In this document: positions 41,184-51,668 of the stretch, one piece after another
How positions within the stretch are numbered: position 1 is the stretch's first letter
Layout: each line of letters opens with the position of its first letter
Source of the DNA: an uncultured delta proteobacterium
Lineage (GTDB): Bacteria; Myxococcota_A; UBA9160; SMWR01
Direction of reading: 5' to 3'
NCBI GenBank assembly: GCA_963832165.1
Contig: CAWHTE010000008.1
Coordinates: forward strand, 32,001-96,000
DNA: 64,000 nt
Notes under the pieces: model-generated
Database searches by the model: none
What the model was told of the DNA's origin: nothing
What the model saw: only the letters and a program-made list of their open reading frames with translations
Made by a program: the position numbers and the translations under genes

Positions 41184-42407
41184 TCAGGCGATCGCGCCGG
41201 CCGCGCGCAGCTCGATGATCTGGTCCCAGTCCATGCCGAGCTCCTGCAGGATCTCGTCGCCGTGCTCGTTGAAGAGCGGCGAGCGCTCGGTCGGCGTGGG
41301 CCGCTCGTCGAACTGGACCGGCGTCGCGCCGAGCTCGAACGGTGTGCCGTCGGCGGTCTTCGTCGCCGCGATGTAGCCCATCGCGCGCACCTGGGAATCC
41401 GCCGCGACCTCGAGCGAGTTCTGGACGGGAGCCCACTGGCCGCGCAGCGTCTGGAACCGCTCCATCCACTCCGCGAACGTCTTTGATCCGATCACTTCGC
41501 GAATGATCTCCACTGCAGCGAGCGCGTTCTGGGCCAGCTTCTCGACGCTGTCGAAGCGCGGGTCGCGCGCGAGCTCGCTCTTGCCGATGTGATCGCAGAA
41601 ATCGGGCCAGTAGGCGAAGGCCTGCAGCATCACGAGCGAGATGTAGCGTCCGTCGCTCGTGCGATAGCTGCCCACGAGCGGGTTGGAGATCGCGAGGTGG
41701 CCGCCGACCGGAGGCGCCTGCAGCGGCGCACCCGACTGCAGCGCCAGCGCGATCGCCTGGCCGAGCGCCCAGACACCCGTGCCCAGCAGCGAGACGTCGA
41801 CGACCGAGGGCTCGCCCGTGCGCTCGCGCTTGAGCAGTGCGCCCGCAATGCCTCCCGCGATCGTCATCGCGCCGATCGAGTCGCCGTAGCCCGGGCCGGG
41901 TTGGCTGATCAACCCCCCCAGGCCCTGCGGCGTGCAGCTCGCGGCGCTGCCCGCCCGGCACCAGAAGCTCGTGAAGTCGTAGCCGCCCTTCTCGCCGTCG
42001 GGTCCGTGCGGGCCGAACGCAGTGCCGCGCGTGTAGATGATCTTCGGGCTGTGCTTGCGCACGTCGGCCACGTCGATCTTCAGCTTGCGCAGCACGGGCG
42101 GCGTCTTGTTGGTCAGGAAGACGTCCGCGGTCGCCGCAAGCCGGTACACGAGGTCGAGCCCCTTCGCATTCGACAGGTCGATCCCGATGCTGCGCTTGCC
42201 CCGGTTGCTGTGCTCCATGAGCACGTGGACCTTGGTCGCAAACGAAACGACGCCCGTCTGCGCGAGGCCGCGCATCGCGTCGCCGCGCTCGGCGTGCTCG
42301 ACCTTGATCACGTCCGCACCCCATTCGGCAAGCACCGCCGAGGCTGCCGGCACGAAGGTGTGCTCGGCCACCTCGAGGATGCGGATGCCCTTCATCACGT
42401 CGAGCAT
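41184..42407 (-). CDS. Family III CoA-transferase (CaiB/BaiF)
   Basis: LAEWGADVIKVE, NRGKRSIGIDL, GYD. Confidence 0.92.
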   Translation of the reverse strand: MLDVMKGIRILEVAEHTFVPAASAVLAEWGADVIKVEHAERGDAMRGLAQTGVVSFATKVHVLMEHSNRGKRSIGIDLSNAKGLDLVYRLAATADVFLTNKTPPVLRKLKIDVADVRKHSPKIIYTRGTAFGPHGPDGEKGGYDFTSFWCRAGSAASCTPQGLGGLISQPGPGYGDSIGAMTIAGGIAGALLKRERTGEPSVVDVSLLGTGVWALGQAIALALQSGAPLQAPPVGGHLAISNPLVGSYRTSDGRYISLVMLQAFAYWPDFCDHIGKSELARDPRFDSVEKLAQNALAAVEIIREVIGSKTFAEWMERFQTLRGQWAPVQNSLEVAADSQVRAMGYIAATKTADGTPFELGATPVQFDERPTPTERSPLFNEHGDEILQELGMDWDQIIELRAAGAIA

Positions 42408-42418
42408 GCGAGTCTCCT

Positions 42419-44671
42419 TCAGCTTCGGCTGCGCGGAAGCCCGAGTGCCTGCTGCGCGATGATGCTGCGCATGATCTCGGAGGTCCCCGCGTAGACCCTC
42501 GTCGCGGCCGCGACCCGATAGCCAAACTCGGGCTCGCCATCCGCGATCGCGCCCTCGCTCCCCGCGCGCAGCAGCGAATCGGGCGCAAACAGGTCGAGCA
42601 GATCGGAAGCATCCGTCTGCAGCGTGTCGGTGCCGAAGAGCTTGCTCATCGGTCCCTCGCCGCGATCGGGACGGCCCGTAGCGCCCAACCACAGCGCGCG
42701 GCGGTCGAGCACGAAGGACATGTCCGCGTGCATCGCAACGCGCGCGAGGCGCTCGCGCACGCGCACGTCGTCGAGCAACGGCCGGCCGTCGCGCTGCGCG
42801 CTGCGTGCCCAGCGCACCGTCCGCTCGCTCAAATCGCGCAGGTGCGTACCGTGCCCCGCCGAGCCCGCGCCCGACCCGTGCTCGATCTCGAGCGCGTAGC
42901 CGAGGACTCGCCAGCCGCCGTCGACCTCGCCGACGCGATAGCGATCGGGAATCCGCACGCCGCTGTAGTACGTCACGTTGGTGCGCTCGTCGGAGAGCGT
43001 GTGGACCGCGTGGATCGCGATGCCGGGCGCGTCGAGCGGCACGAGGAACATCGTGAGTCCGTTGTGCTTGGCCACACCCGGGTCGGTGCGCGTGAGCAGG
43101 AAGACGTACTGCGCGCGGTCCGCCCCGCTCGTGAACATCTTCTGGCCGTCGATCACCCAGTCGTCGCCGTCGCGCACCGCCCTCGTCTGTGCGGCCGCGA
43201 CGTCCGAGCCCGAGGCGGGCTCGGTGTAGCCGAGGCTGATCACCGCGTCCCCTTCCAGGATGCGCGGCAGCACTTCGCGCTTGAGCTCCTCGCTCGCCAT
43301 TTTGATCAGCGTCGCACCGACCATGCCGGTCGTGATCACCGCGTGCGTCGACCAGCCCGCGCGCTGATATTCCTCCGCGAGTGCGGCGGTTTCGTAGGGG
43401 CTCGCATCGCGGCCGCCGTACGCGCGCGGCCAGTGCGGAAACAAGAGGCCCGCCCGCGCGAGCTCTCGCTGGAAGCCCGCGTCGTGACCATCCCAGCTGA
43501 AGTGGGCCTTCGCGCGCAGTTCCGGCGTGAGCGCGTGCTCGAAGAATGCGCGCGCTTCTTCGCGCATCCCCTCCGCGCCGGCGCCGAGGCTCCAGTCGAG
43601 CGTACACGCGCCCGCGTCGGGCAGCGCCACGGGCGCCTCGTTGCCCCAGAGCCGCGCGGCGGCGCGCAACAGCTCGTCGCGCGGGTCCCCGCCCGCGAGC
43701 GCCCAGGCCTTCGCGCGCCGGTAGTAGAGCTGGATGTCGTATTCGAGCGAGAGGCCGTAGCCGCCGTGCGCGTGCAGCGCGCGACCGCTCGCGGTCGCCG
43801 CGCTCTCGGCCGCGGCAGCGAACGCGAAGCAGATCCGACCGGCCGCCTCGGGCTGCGCCGTCGCGACCGACCAGACCGCGTACTGCACGAGCAGCTGCGA
43901 CGCGGAGACTGACGTCGCGGCGTCCGCGAACGCGTGCGCGATGCCCTGGAAAGCGCCGATCGGGCGGCCGAACTGGACGCGCGACTTCGCGTAGTCGGCG
44001 CCGATCTCGAGCGCGCGCTGCGCGAGACCCGTGAGCGCTGCGGCCGTGAGCAGGCGCCACTCCTCGCGCGCCGCGTGGTATGCGTTCCGCGCCTCGTCGC
44101 CGCGCGCGAGGATCACGCGCTCACCGCCTGGCGGCGCGACGTCGAGTCGCCAGCGCGCGAGCGCGCTCGATCCGATGTTCGCCGGCGGAGCCTCGACGGC
44201 TGCGCGCGGCCGGCGCATCAGCACGAGCGCATCGCCCTCGAGCGCCAACACCGCGTCGGCCGCCGCACCGCCCGCGATGAGCTGGGCGGGATTTCGCTCG
44301 ACCTCGTGGAGCGCGAGCGTGGCAACGCAGCTGCCCGCGAGGATCTCCGCGAGCAGAGCGCGCGCGGGCGCGCCGTCGATCCGCGCGAGCATGCCCGCGA
44401 CGCAGATCGCCTCGACCAGCGGAACCGAGGCGAGCGCGCGACCCGCCTGCTCCGCGAGGATCACCGCGTCGTGCAGGCCCGCGCCGCTGCCGCCGTGCGC
44501 GTCGGGCACGCGAATGCCGATCGCACCCGTCTCGATCAGGTGCTTCCAGAGCCCCGGGTCGAAGCCGGTCTGCTCCGCGGCGCGCACCCGCTCGGCGCTC
44601 GACTCCGCCGCAAACAGCTCCGCGAAGGTGTGCTGCAGGAGCTCCTGCTCTTCGGTGAGGCCGAGCTGCAT
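42419..44671 (-). CDS. Fused two-domain acyl-CoA dehydrogenase (FadE34/ChsE3-like architecture)
   Basis: Degenerate first ACAD module (RVQFGRPIGAFQ..HGGYG) plus complete second module (LGYTEPASGSD, GQKMFTS, VYAGTSEIMR). Confidence 0.9.
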   Translation of the reverse strand: MQLGLTEEQELLQHTFAELFAAESSAERVRAAEQTGFDPGLWKHLIETGAIGIRVPDAHGGSGAGLHDAVILAEQAGRALASVPLVEAICVAGMLARIDGAPARALLAEILAGSCVATLALHEVERNPAQLIAGGAAADAVLALEGDALVLMRRPRAAVEAPPANIGSSALARWRLDVAPPGGERVILARGDEARNAYHAAREEWRLLTAAALTGLAQRALEIGADYAKSRVQFGRPIGAFQGIAHAFADAATSVSASQLLVQYAVWSVATAQPEAAGRICFAFAAAAESAATASGRALHAHGGYGLSLEYDIQLYYRRAKAWALAGGDPRDELLRAAARLWGNEAPVALPDAGACTLDWSLGAGAEGMREEARAFFEHALTPELRAKAHFSWDGHDAGFQRELARAGLLFPHWPRAYGGRDASPYETAALAEEYQRAGWSTHAVITTGMVGATLIKMASEELKREVLPRILEGDAVISLGYTEPASGSDVAAAQTRAVRDGDDWVIDGQKMFTSGADRAQYVFLLTRTDPGVAKHNGLTMFLVPLDAPGIAIHAVHTLSDERTNVTYYSGVRIPDRYRVGEVDGGWRVLGYALEIEHGSGAGSAGHGTHLRDLSERTVRWARSAQRDGRPLLDDVRVRERLARVAMHADMSFVLDRRALWLGATGRPDRGEGPMSKLFGTDTLQTDASDLLDLFAPDSLLRAGSEGAIADGEPEFGYRVAAATRVYAGTSEIMRSIIAQQALGLPRSRS

Positions 44672-44687
44672 GAATTCCTCGCTCCGC

Positions 44688-45512
44688 TCAGCTGCCCAGG
44701 AAGAACTTCGCAGCCGGAGCCGCCGCGGGGAACGCATCGGTGATGCCGGCGCTGAGGTATCCGGCGTCGCTGATCACGGTCGTGCCCGTGATCGCGGACG
44801 CGGCGTCGCTGCACAGGAACACGAGCGGGTACGCCTGCTCGAGCGCCGTCGCGGGTGCGATGCCGACCTCGGCGCGGTAGTCGGCGCCGAAGCCGAGCCA
44901 GGTCTGCTTGTTGGCCTGCGCGAGCGGCGTGTCGGTCGGCCCCGGGCAGACCGCGTTGATCCGGATCCCCTTCTTCAGGAGCGACATCGACTCGCGCGCG
45001 ACGTAGGTGCAGATCGCCTGCTTGCTGTGCATGTAGTCGGCCATGCCGTGCTCGTTCGCCCAGCGCGAGGCCGCGTCGAAGTCGCTGATGTCGAGGTACT
45101 CCTTCAAGGGCTCCAGGTTCGCGCGCCAGCCGAGCCCTGCCGCGGACGAGATGAAGCCGATCGCGGATCCGCGGCCGAGCATCCCGCGCTCGAGCAGCCG
45201 GTCGATCAGGTAGCGATGGCCGATGAAGTTGATCTTCTCGATGCCGGGCGTGCCGTCGGCGACACCCGCGCACGCGAACAGCGCGTGCACGCGTCCCCCG
45301 CATTCCTCGATCGCGCGATCGATCGAGGCCTGGTCGGCGAGATTCAGGTGGATCGACTTGACGCCGGAGAGCTTCACGGGCGCGAAGTCCATCACGACCA
45401 CTTCGGCGCCCGCGTCGCGCGCCAACTCGGCACTGGCCGCGCCCATTCCCGTGGCACCACCGACCACGAGAACCCGCTTGCCGTCGTACCGGAATTTGTC
45501 GAACTGCGTCAT
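44688..45512 (-). CDS. Short-chain dehydrogenase/reductase
   Basis: VVGGATGMG, SSAAG, YMHSK, NAVCPGPTDTP. Confidence 0.92.
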   Translation of the reverse strand: MTQFDKFRYDGKRVLVVGGATGMGAASAELARDAGAEVVVMDFAPVKLSGVKSIHLNLADQASIDRAIEECGGRVHALFACAGVADGTPGIEKINFIGHRYLIDRLLERGMLGRGSAIGFISSAAGLGWRANLEPLKEYLDISDFDAASRWANEHGMADYMHSKQAICTYVARESMSLLKKGIRINAVCPGPTDTPLAQANKQTWLGFGADYRAEVGIAPATALEQAYPLVFLCSDAASAITGTTVISDAGYLSAGITDAFPAAAPAAKFFLGS

Positions 45513-45535
45513 CGTCGTTTCCTCGCTCGGCGCGC

Positions 45536-46594
45536 TCACGTTTGCGGACCCGCCGGTGTCATCGGCGGGAGATCTGCGGTGGACAGGATGCCCGGAGGCG
45601 CCGCACACACGTAGGGGATCGCGTTGACGGCCGGGTTCGCCGTCAAAGACGGCGTGTGCGCGCCGAGCTCCGCGAGCGAAACCGCGATCGGCAGCTCGAC
45701 GTCGAGCGGTGCGTCGCCGCGCACGCGGACGCGCCATCCGGTCCGCCCGAGATCCCACGCGGGCTCGATCTCGGTGGTGCAGTACCAGGTCGGCGTCATG
45801 CTGACGACCGCGTCGCCGCGAGAGCGCCCGACGATCCGGGTCCGCATCGCGGCGATCGTCCCCGCCTCGAGCCGACCCGCAGCGATCTCCGTCGTCCGCC
45901 GGGCGACCGCGTATTCGCCCGTGCTCGACCACGCGTCGACGGGACGACCCGCGGCTGCCGCGAGCCGGCCGAGCGAGGGACTGAACGAGCGCAGCATGTG
46001 TGCTTCCCGGAGCTCCGCGCGGAACGCCTCGGCCGGCCGACCGAATCCCATGAGCTCGAAGATCATGTGCGGCGAGTTGCGCTGCGACATGTTCGCGAAC
46101 TCTTCGATCTCGATCGATTCGACGTTGCGCTGCAGCGACAACAGCGCGAACGGCAGCGCATCGGTGATGAAGCCGGGACTGCTCCCCGTCGCATACAGCG
46201 ACGCGTTTCCCTTCGCGCACGCATCGAGCACGCGGGCCCGCGCTTCGTCGCCGAGCGGATGCCCCCCATCGGTGAACTCGACGCAGGTCGTGACGACGTT
46301 CGTTCCGGCCTCGAGAAACGCCACCACGTCCGCGAGGTCCGTCACGCGCGGCATGTAGAGCACGCAGTCCGCGCCGAGCGCGTGGATCGCCGCGCGATCC
46401 GTCGTCGCCTTCACGCCAACGGGCGGCTCGCCGCACAGGGAGCCCGCATCGACGCCATCCTTCGCAGGGTCGTAGACGAGCAGACCCACGAGATCGAGAG
46501 ACGGATGCCGGATCACCTCGCGCAGCGCGCGGGTGCCGACGTTCCCGGTCGCCCATTGGACGACGCGGCGACGGGGGGTGGGGCTGCGGCTCAA
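45536..46594 (-). CDS. DapB-N-like NAD(P)-dependent oxidoreductase (2,4-diaminopentanoate/amine dehydrogenase-like)
   Basis: VVQWATGNVG, K.GVDAG.LCG, ADCVLYMP, GSSPGF, TANPAVNAIP.VCAAPPGI; start approximate. Confidence 0.75.
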   Translation of the reverse strand: MSRSPTPRRRVVQWATGNVGTRALREVIRHPSLDLVGLLVYDPAKDGVDAGSLCGEPPVGVKATTDRAAIHALGADCVLYMPRVTDLADVVAFLEAGTNVVTTCVEFTDGGHPLGDEARARVLDACAKGNASLYATGSSPGFITDALPFALLSLQRNVESIEIEEFANMSQRNSPHMIFELMGFGRPAEAFRAELREAHMLRSFSPSLGRLAAAAGRPVDAWSSTGEYAVARRTTEIAAGRLEAGTIAAMRTRIVGRSRGDAVVSMTPTWYCTTEIEPAWDLGRTGWRVRVRGDAPLDVELPIAVSLAELGAHTPSLTANPAVNAIPYVCAAPPGILSTADLPPMTPAGPQT

Positions 46595-48057
46595 GCCGCC
46601 GGCTCCGCGAAGGTCTTGATCTCGAGGAACTCGGAGAGTCCGGCCGCGCCCATCTCGCGCCCGATGCCCGCCTGCTTGTAGCCGCCGAAGGGCGCATCCG
46701 GCCCGTAGTAGATGCCGCCGTTGACGCTGAGCGTGCCCGCGCGAATGCGCCGCGCCACCGAGAGCGCGCGCTCGCGATCGGCGCTCATCACCGAGCCCGA
46801 CAGGCCGTAGATCGAATTGTTCGCGATGCGCACGGCGTCGTCGTCGCCGTCGTGCGGCAGGATCACGAGTACCGGACCGAAGAGCTCGTCCTGTGCGACC
46901 GCGGAGTTCTCGTCGGCGCCGACGAGCAGCGTAGGCTCGTAGAAATAGCCGCGCGGGAGGTGCTCCGGTCTGCGTCCTCCGATCACGGCGCGGGCGCCGT
47001 CGGCGACCGCGCGATCGACGTAGCCGGCGACCTTCTCGCGCTGCCGCGCGTTGATCAGCGGGCCCATCATCGTGGCCGGATCCGTCGGATCGCCGTACTT
47101 CACGTTGGCGAGCAGCCCGCGCACCCGATCGACCACTTCGTCGTGGCGGTTGCGCGGCACGACCATGCGCGACGTGATCGCGCAGCCCTGGCCCGAGTGC
47201 GAGATCACTGCGAACCCGCAGGCCATCGCGGCCATCCCGATGTCCCCGTCGTCGAGGAGCACGAACGCGGATTTCCCCCCGAGCTCGAGGAACACGCGCT
47301 TCACCGTCGCGCTCGCAGCGGCCATGATCTGGCGCCCGACCGGTGTCGAGCCCGTGAACGAGACCACGTCGACATCGGGATGCGTGGTCATGAGCGCACC
47401 GACGGCGTTGTCGGAGGCCGAGAGCACGTTGACGACACCGGGCGGGATGTCGGTCGCCTCGGCGATGAGCCTGCCGAGCGCGAGCGTGGCCCACGGCGTG
47501 TCGGGCGCCCCCTTGAGCACGACCGTGCAGCCCGCTGCGAGCGCAGGCGCGAGCTTCGCGAGAGCGAGCTGGATCGGATAGTTGTACGCCGCGATCGCGC
47601 TGACGACTCCCGCGGCCTCCTTCTCGATCCAGCGGTGGTTCTTGCGCCCGAACACCTCGCGGTTGCCGAGGTCTTCCACCCACTCGTAGTTTCCGACGAG
47701 ATCGGCGTACCAGCGCACCACCTCGATCGGGCCGGCGAGCTGCGGGCCCTGCGTGATGGAGACGGGAGCGCCCACCTCGGCCACGACGATGTCGCGCAGC
47801 GGCTCGAAGTGGTCCTGCAGCGCCTTGTGGAGCTGCCGAAGGCAGCGCTCGCGCAGCGCGCGGTCGCGCGACCACTCCGTCGTGTCGAACGCCCTGCGCG
47901 CGGCCGCGATCGCGCGCTCCGCGTCCGCGAGCGAGGCGTCGGCGGCACGCCCTAACACGGCCTCCGTGGCTGGATTGATCGTCTCGTAGCTGGCCCCGCC
48001 CTCCGCAGCCACGAGCTTGCCGTCGATCAGCAGACGCTCTTCGTGCCAGCTTGTCAT
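46591..48057 (-). CDS. Aldehyde dehydrogenase
   Basis: SFTGST, LELGGKSA, SGQGC (catalytic Cys), ELFGPV, PFGGYKQAG. Confidence 0.96.
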   Translation of the reverse strand: MTSWHEERLLIDGKLVAAEGGASYETINPATEAVLGRAADASLADAERAIAAARRAFDTTEWSRDRALRERCLRQLHKALQDHFEPLRDIVVAEVGAPVSITQGPQLAGPIEVVRWYADLVGNYEWVEDLGNREVFGRKNHRWIEKEAAGVVSAIAAYNYPIQLALAKLAPALAAGCTVVLKGAPDTPWATLALGRLIAEATDIPPGVVNVLSASDNAVGALMTTHPDVDVVSFTGSTPVGRQIMAAASATVKRVFLELGGKSAFVLLDDGDIGMAAMACGFAVISHSGQGCAITSRMVVPRNRHDEVVDRVRGLLANVKYGDPTDPATMMGPLINARQREKVAGYVDRAVADGARAVIGGRRPEHLPRGYFYEPTLLVGADENSAVAQDELFGPVLVILPHDGDDDAVRIANNSIYGLSGSVMSADRERALSVARRIRAGTLSVNGGIYYGPDAPFGGYKQAGIGREMGAAGLSEFLEIKTFAEPAA

Positions 48058-48074
48058 GGTGTTTTACGTTACGT

Positions 48075-48111
48075 GAGAATCAGTCTCTCGCCAAGTGGAT
48101 TCCGGATTCTC
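48075..48111. promoter_or_regulatory. Tandem operator-like palindromes, site A
   Basis: GAGAAT-CAG-TCTCTC (48075-48089) and GGATTC-CGG-ATTCTC (48097-48111); centres 22 bp apart; upstream of ALDH operon. Confidence 0.6.
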
Positions 48112-48125
48112 GCAAGAGATCCCCG

Positions 48126-48881
48126 TCAGGAGAACGAGCCGCGTGCGGCGCTGCTTCCGCCGTCGAGCGGCAGCACGCTGCCCGTGAGCCAGCGGCTCTC
48201 GCGCGAGGCGAGGTAGACCGCGGCGAGCGCGACGTCGTCCGCCGTTCCGAGGCCGAGCAGGTGCATCGCTTCGCGCCGCGCGCGCTCTTCCGGCGTCATG
48301 TGCGCGTCGCGCTTCGCGTTCTCTACGTAGCCCGGACTGATCGCATTGCAGCGCACGCCGTGCGCTGCCTCGTCGACCGCGATGCTGCGCGTGAGCGCTT
48401 CGAGCGCGCCCTTGGCAGCGATGTAGCCCGCGAGTCCCCGCGATGCGCGCGATGCGGCGCGGCTCGACACGTTGATGATCGATCCGTGGCCGCACGCGCG
48501 CAGCGACGGCATCGCAGCGCGACACAGACGGGCCACCGCGAGCAGATCGACCTCGAGGATCGCGCGCCACTGCGCATCCTCGAGCTGCGCGACCGGTCCA
48601 TCGCGCAGGCCGCTCGCGGCGTTGTTGACGAGCACCGTCAACGCACCGAACTCGCGGATCGCCGCGTCGACGAGCGCTCCCGGCGTCGCGGCATCGCCGA
48701 GCTCGCCCGCCACGAAGCGGGCCCGACCGCCGCAGGCGCGCGCGACATCTTCGCCCCGGGCGCGATCGCGCCCGGTGACGATCACCGAGGCGCCCTCTTC
48801 GGCGAAGCGGATCGCGATCGCGCGCCCGATGCCCGACGTCGAGCCCGTGATCAGCGCTGTTTCGCCTGCGAGTCGTCCCAT
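48126..48881 (-). CDS. Short-chain dehydrogenase/reductase
   Basis: TGSTSGIG, VNNAA, YIAAK, NAISPG. Confidence 0.93.
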   Translation of the reverse strand: MGRLAGETALITGSTSGIGRAIAIRFAEEGASVIVTGRDRARGEDVARACGGRARFVAGELGDAATPGALVDAAIREFGALTVLVNNAASGLRDGPVAQLEDAQWRAILEVDLLAVARLCRAAMPSLRACGHGSIINVSSRAASRASRGLAGYIAAKGALEALTRSIAVDEAAHGVRCNAISPGYVENAKRDAHMTPEERARREAMHLLGLGTADDVALAAVYLASRESRWLTGSVLPLDGGSSAARGSFS

Positions 48882-49603
48882 CAGGCGGCCGCGACCTGCA
48901 GCAGCGCTTCGGTCACGGCCTTCGGCTCGGTGATCATGAGGTCGTGACCCGTGTCGATCGCCCAGAGCCGGCCCTCCGCGCGCGCCTTCGCGATCAGCTT
49001 CGGATCTCGCGTCGCCAGCGTGGACGTACACACGATGTGGTACTGGGGAATCGACCACAGCGCCGCTTCGTTCGTGAGCTGCAGCGGCTGCTCGAAGCAC
49101 GCCCAGGGATGGCCCGTGAGCCGCTCATTCATCCACATCACGTCGTCGGGGTCGTTCACGCCGTAGAACAGGCGCGGGTCGGTGTGCTCCGGGAGCAGCA
49201 CGAGCTCGACACCGTCGATCACGCGGCCGGCGGGGCGCACGGCCTGGATGACGGGCCCCGCGACGTCGACGAGCGACTGGCCGTTCCTCGGATTCGCGGC
49301 GTCCAGGTACACCAGGCGCCCCACGCGGTCGGTCGCGCGATCGGCCGCGCCCGTGATCACCATCCCGCCGTAGCTGTGGCCGACCAGGATCACGTCACGG
49401 AGGTCCTCGTAGTGCAAGAGCGCGGTGACGTCGCGGATGTGCAGGTCGAGATCGATGCCCCGGCGCAGCAGATGCGACCGCTCACCCAGCCCCGAGAGCG
49501 TCGGCGAGTACACCTCGTGTCCGGCCGCCTTCAGCAGCCGCGCGACGCGCTGATAGCACCAACCGCCGTGTCCCCCGCCGTGCACCAGGACGTATGTCGC
49601 CAT
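48881..49603 (-). CDS. Alpha/beta hydrolase (methylesterase-like)
   Basis: LVHGGGHGGWC, GHSYGG nucleophile elbow, TGHDLM. Confidence 0.93.
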   Translation of the reverse strand: MATYVLVHGGGHGGWCYQRVARLLKAAGHEVYSPTLSGLGERSHLLRRGIDLDLHIRDVTALLHYEDLRDVILVGHSYGGMVITGAADRATDRVGRLVYLDAANPRNGQSLVDVAGPVIQAVRPAGRVIDGVELVLLPEHTDPRLFYGVNDPDDVMWMNERLTGHPWACFEQPLQLTNEAALWSIPQYHIVCTSTLATRDPKLIAKARAEGRLWAIDTGHDLMITEPKAVTEALLQVAAA

Positions 49604-49623
49604 GCTGCGATCCTCTCCTCTGC

Positions 49624-49660
49624 GAAAACGATCTTCTCACTTCTGGAGATCAATACTATC
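49624..49660. promoter_or_regulatory. Tandem operator-like palindromes, site B
   Basis: GAAAAC-GAT-CTTCTC (49624-49638) and GAGATC-AAT-ACTATC (49646-49660); centres 22 bp apart; between divergent hydrolase and P450. Confidence 0.6.
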
Positions 49661-49698
49661 CTACGCGACTTCCCACGGTGCGGAGACTGCGAGCGGAA

Positions 49699-50914
49699 AT
49701 GGCGACTCCTGACTCAGACGTCTACTACGACCCCTACGACTTCGAGATCGACGTCGATCCGTACCCGGTTTGGAAGCGGCTGCGCAACGAGCGACCGCTC
49801 TACACCAACGAGCGCTACGGATTCTTCGCGTTGAGCCGCTTCGAGGACGTCGAGCGCGGTCTGATCGACTGGGAGACGTTCATCTCGGGTCGCGGAACCA
49901 TCCTCGAGCTGATCAAGGCGAACGTGAAGATGCCGCCCGGCATGGTGATCTTCGAGGATCCGCCCAGCCACGAGATCTACCGCGGCCTGCTCTCCCGCGT
50001 GTTCACGCCGCGCAAGATGAATGCGATCGAGTCGAAGGTGCGGCGCTTCTGCGCGCAGTGCCTGGATCCGCTCGTCGGCGCGGGCCGCTTCGACTTCATC
50101 AAGGATCTCGGAGCGCAGATGCCGATGCGCACGATCGGCATGCTGCTCGGCATCCCCGAGCAGGACCAGGAGGCGCTGCGCGACAGCATGGACGAGCGCC
50201 TGCGGCTCTCCTCGGGCGAGATGCCCGACGCCGACGAGCTCTCCGATTCGCTGAATCGGGTCGGCGTCGAGGGCAGCTTCTCCGAGTACATCGAGTGGCG
50301 CGCGAAGCACCCCTCCGACGATCTGATGACCGAGCTCCTGAACGCGGAGTTCGAGGACCAGAACGGCACGCGGCGTCGCCTCACGCACCAGGAGGTGCTG
50401 TCGTACACCCGGCTGATCGCTTCGGCCGGCAACGAGACCACCACGCGGCTGATCGGGTGGGCTGGCAAGGTGCTGAGCGACCACCCCGATCAGCTTCGCG
50501 AGCTCGCGAAGAGCCCCGACCTGATCGCCAACACGATCGAGGAAGTGCTGCGCTTCGAGGCGCCTTCACCGGTCCAGGCGCGTTATGTCGCGAAGGATGT
50601 GGAGCTCTGCGGACAGGTCGTTCCGGAGGGCAGCGCGATGATGCTGCTGAACGGCTCGGCGAACCGCGACGAGCGCAAATTCCCGGACGCGCGATCGCTT
50701 CGACATCCGTCGCAAAATCGATCACCACCTCGCGTTCGGCTACGGCATCCACTTCTGCCTCGGCGCAGCGCTCGCGCGGCTCGAGGGCCGCGTCGCACTC
50801 GACGAAGTGCTGAAGCGCTTTCCGTTCTGGGAGGTCGACCGCGACCACGCGGTTCAGGCGCGCACCTCGACGGTGCGCGGCTGGGAGAGCCTTCCGGTCT
50901 TCACTGGGAAGTAG
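49699..50914 (+). CDS. Cytochrome P450 (frameshift near 50690)
   Basis: AGNETT I-helix, EEVLR ExxR, heme motif [10 protein letters not shown] in the shifted frame, stop at 50912-50914. Confidence 0.92.
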
Positions 50915-51656
50915 GCGCGGGGCGCGGCGTCGCCATCACGACGGGCATCGCCGTGGAAGCGCCTGCCCGCAAGATCGTGTCCACGATCACCACGAGGTCC
51001 TCGACATCCATGAGCGCGCCCGCGAGGTAGTTGCGCGCGCTCCAGATCGGAAAGAGCTCCGCGGCGAGCTTCATGTCCCAGCCCTCATTGAACTGGGTCC
51101 TCGAGTCGCCCTCGCCGCCCGCGCAGTCGCCGACGACGAGCCGCGTGAATCCGATCCCGGGATGCTCGCCGCGCCACGCATCGACGAGCATGCCGAGCGC
51201 CGCCTTGCTCACCGCGTACGCGCCGAGACCGGGCCACGGCGGCGTGAGCTGGCCCGCGACCGACGAGAGGTAGATCGCCTTGCCGGCCGAAGCCGTGAGA
51301 TGCGGAATCGCCGCGGCGGTGACGAGCGCCGCACCCGTGACGTTGGTGTCGAACACGCGCCGCCACGTCTCCGCATCGACGTCGACGAGCCGGTGGAGGG
51401 GTCCGATTGCGGGCGTGTACACGAGGCCGTCGATGCCTCCGAGACCCTGTGCGGCCTCCGCGATCGCGGAGCGGCACGACGCTTCGTCGGTGACGTCGCA
51501 CTCGATCGCGAGCGATTCGGGTCCCGCCTCCTTCGCAGCATTCTCGAGCCTCGTTCGCCGTCTCGCGAGCAAGGCCACGCGCGCGCCGCGCTGGGCCAGG
51601 CCGATTCCGATGCAGCGCCCGAGCCCGCTCGAAGCGCCGATCACCACGATTCGCAT
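50901..51656 (-). CDS. Short-chain dehydrogenase/reductase
   Basis: [13 protein letters not shown]. Confidence 0.9.
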   Translation of the reverse strand: MRIVVIGASSGLGRCIGIGLAQRGARVALLARRRTRLENAAKEAGPESLAIECDVTDEASCRSAIAEAAQGLGGIDGLVYTPAIGPLHRLVDVDAETWRRVFDTNVTGAALVTAAAIPHLTASAGKAIYLSSVAGQLTPPWPGLGAYAVSKAALGMLVDAWRGEHPGIGFTRLVVGDCAGGEGDSRTQFNEGWDMKLAAELFPIWSARNYLAGALMDVEDLVVIVDTILRAGASTAMPVVMATPRPAPTSQ

Positions 51657-51668
51657 TCCCGATTCCCC

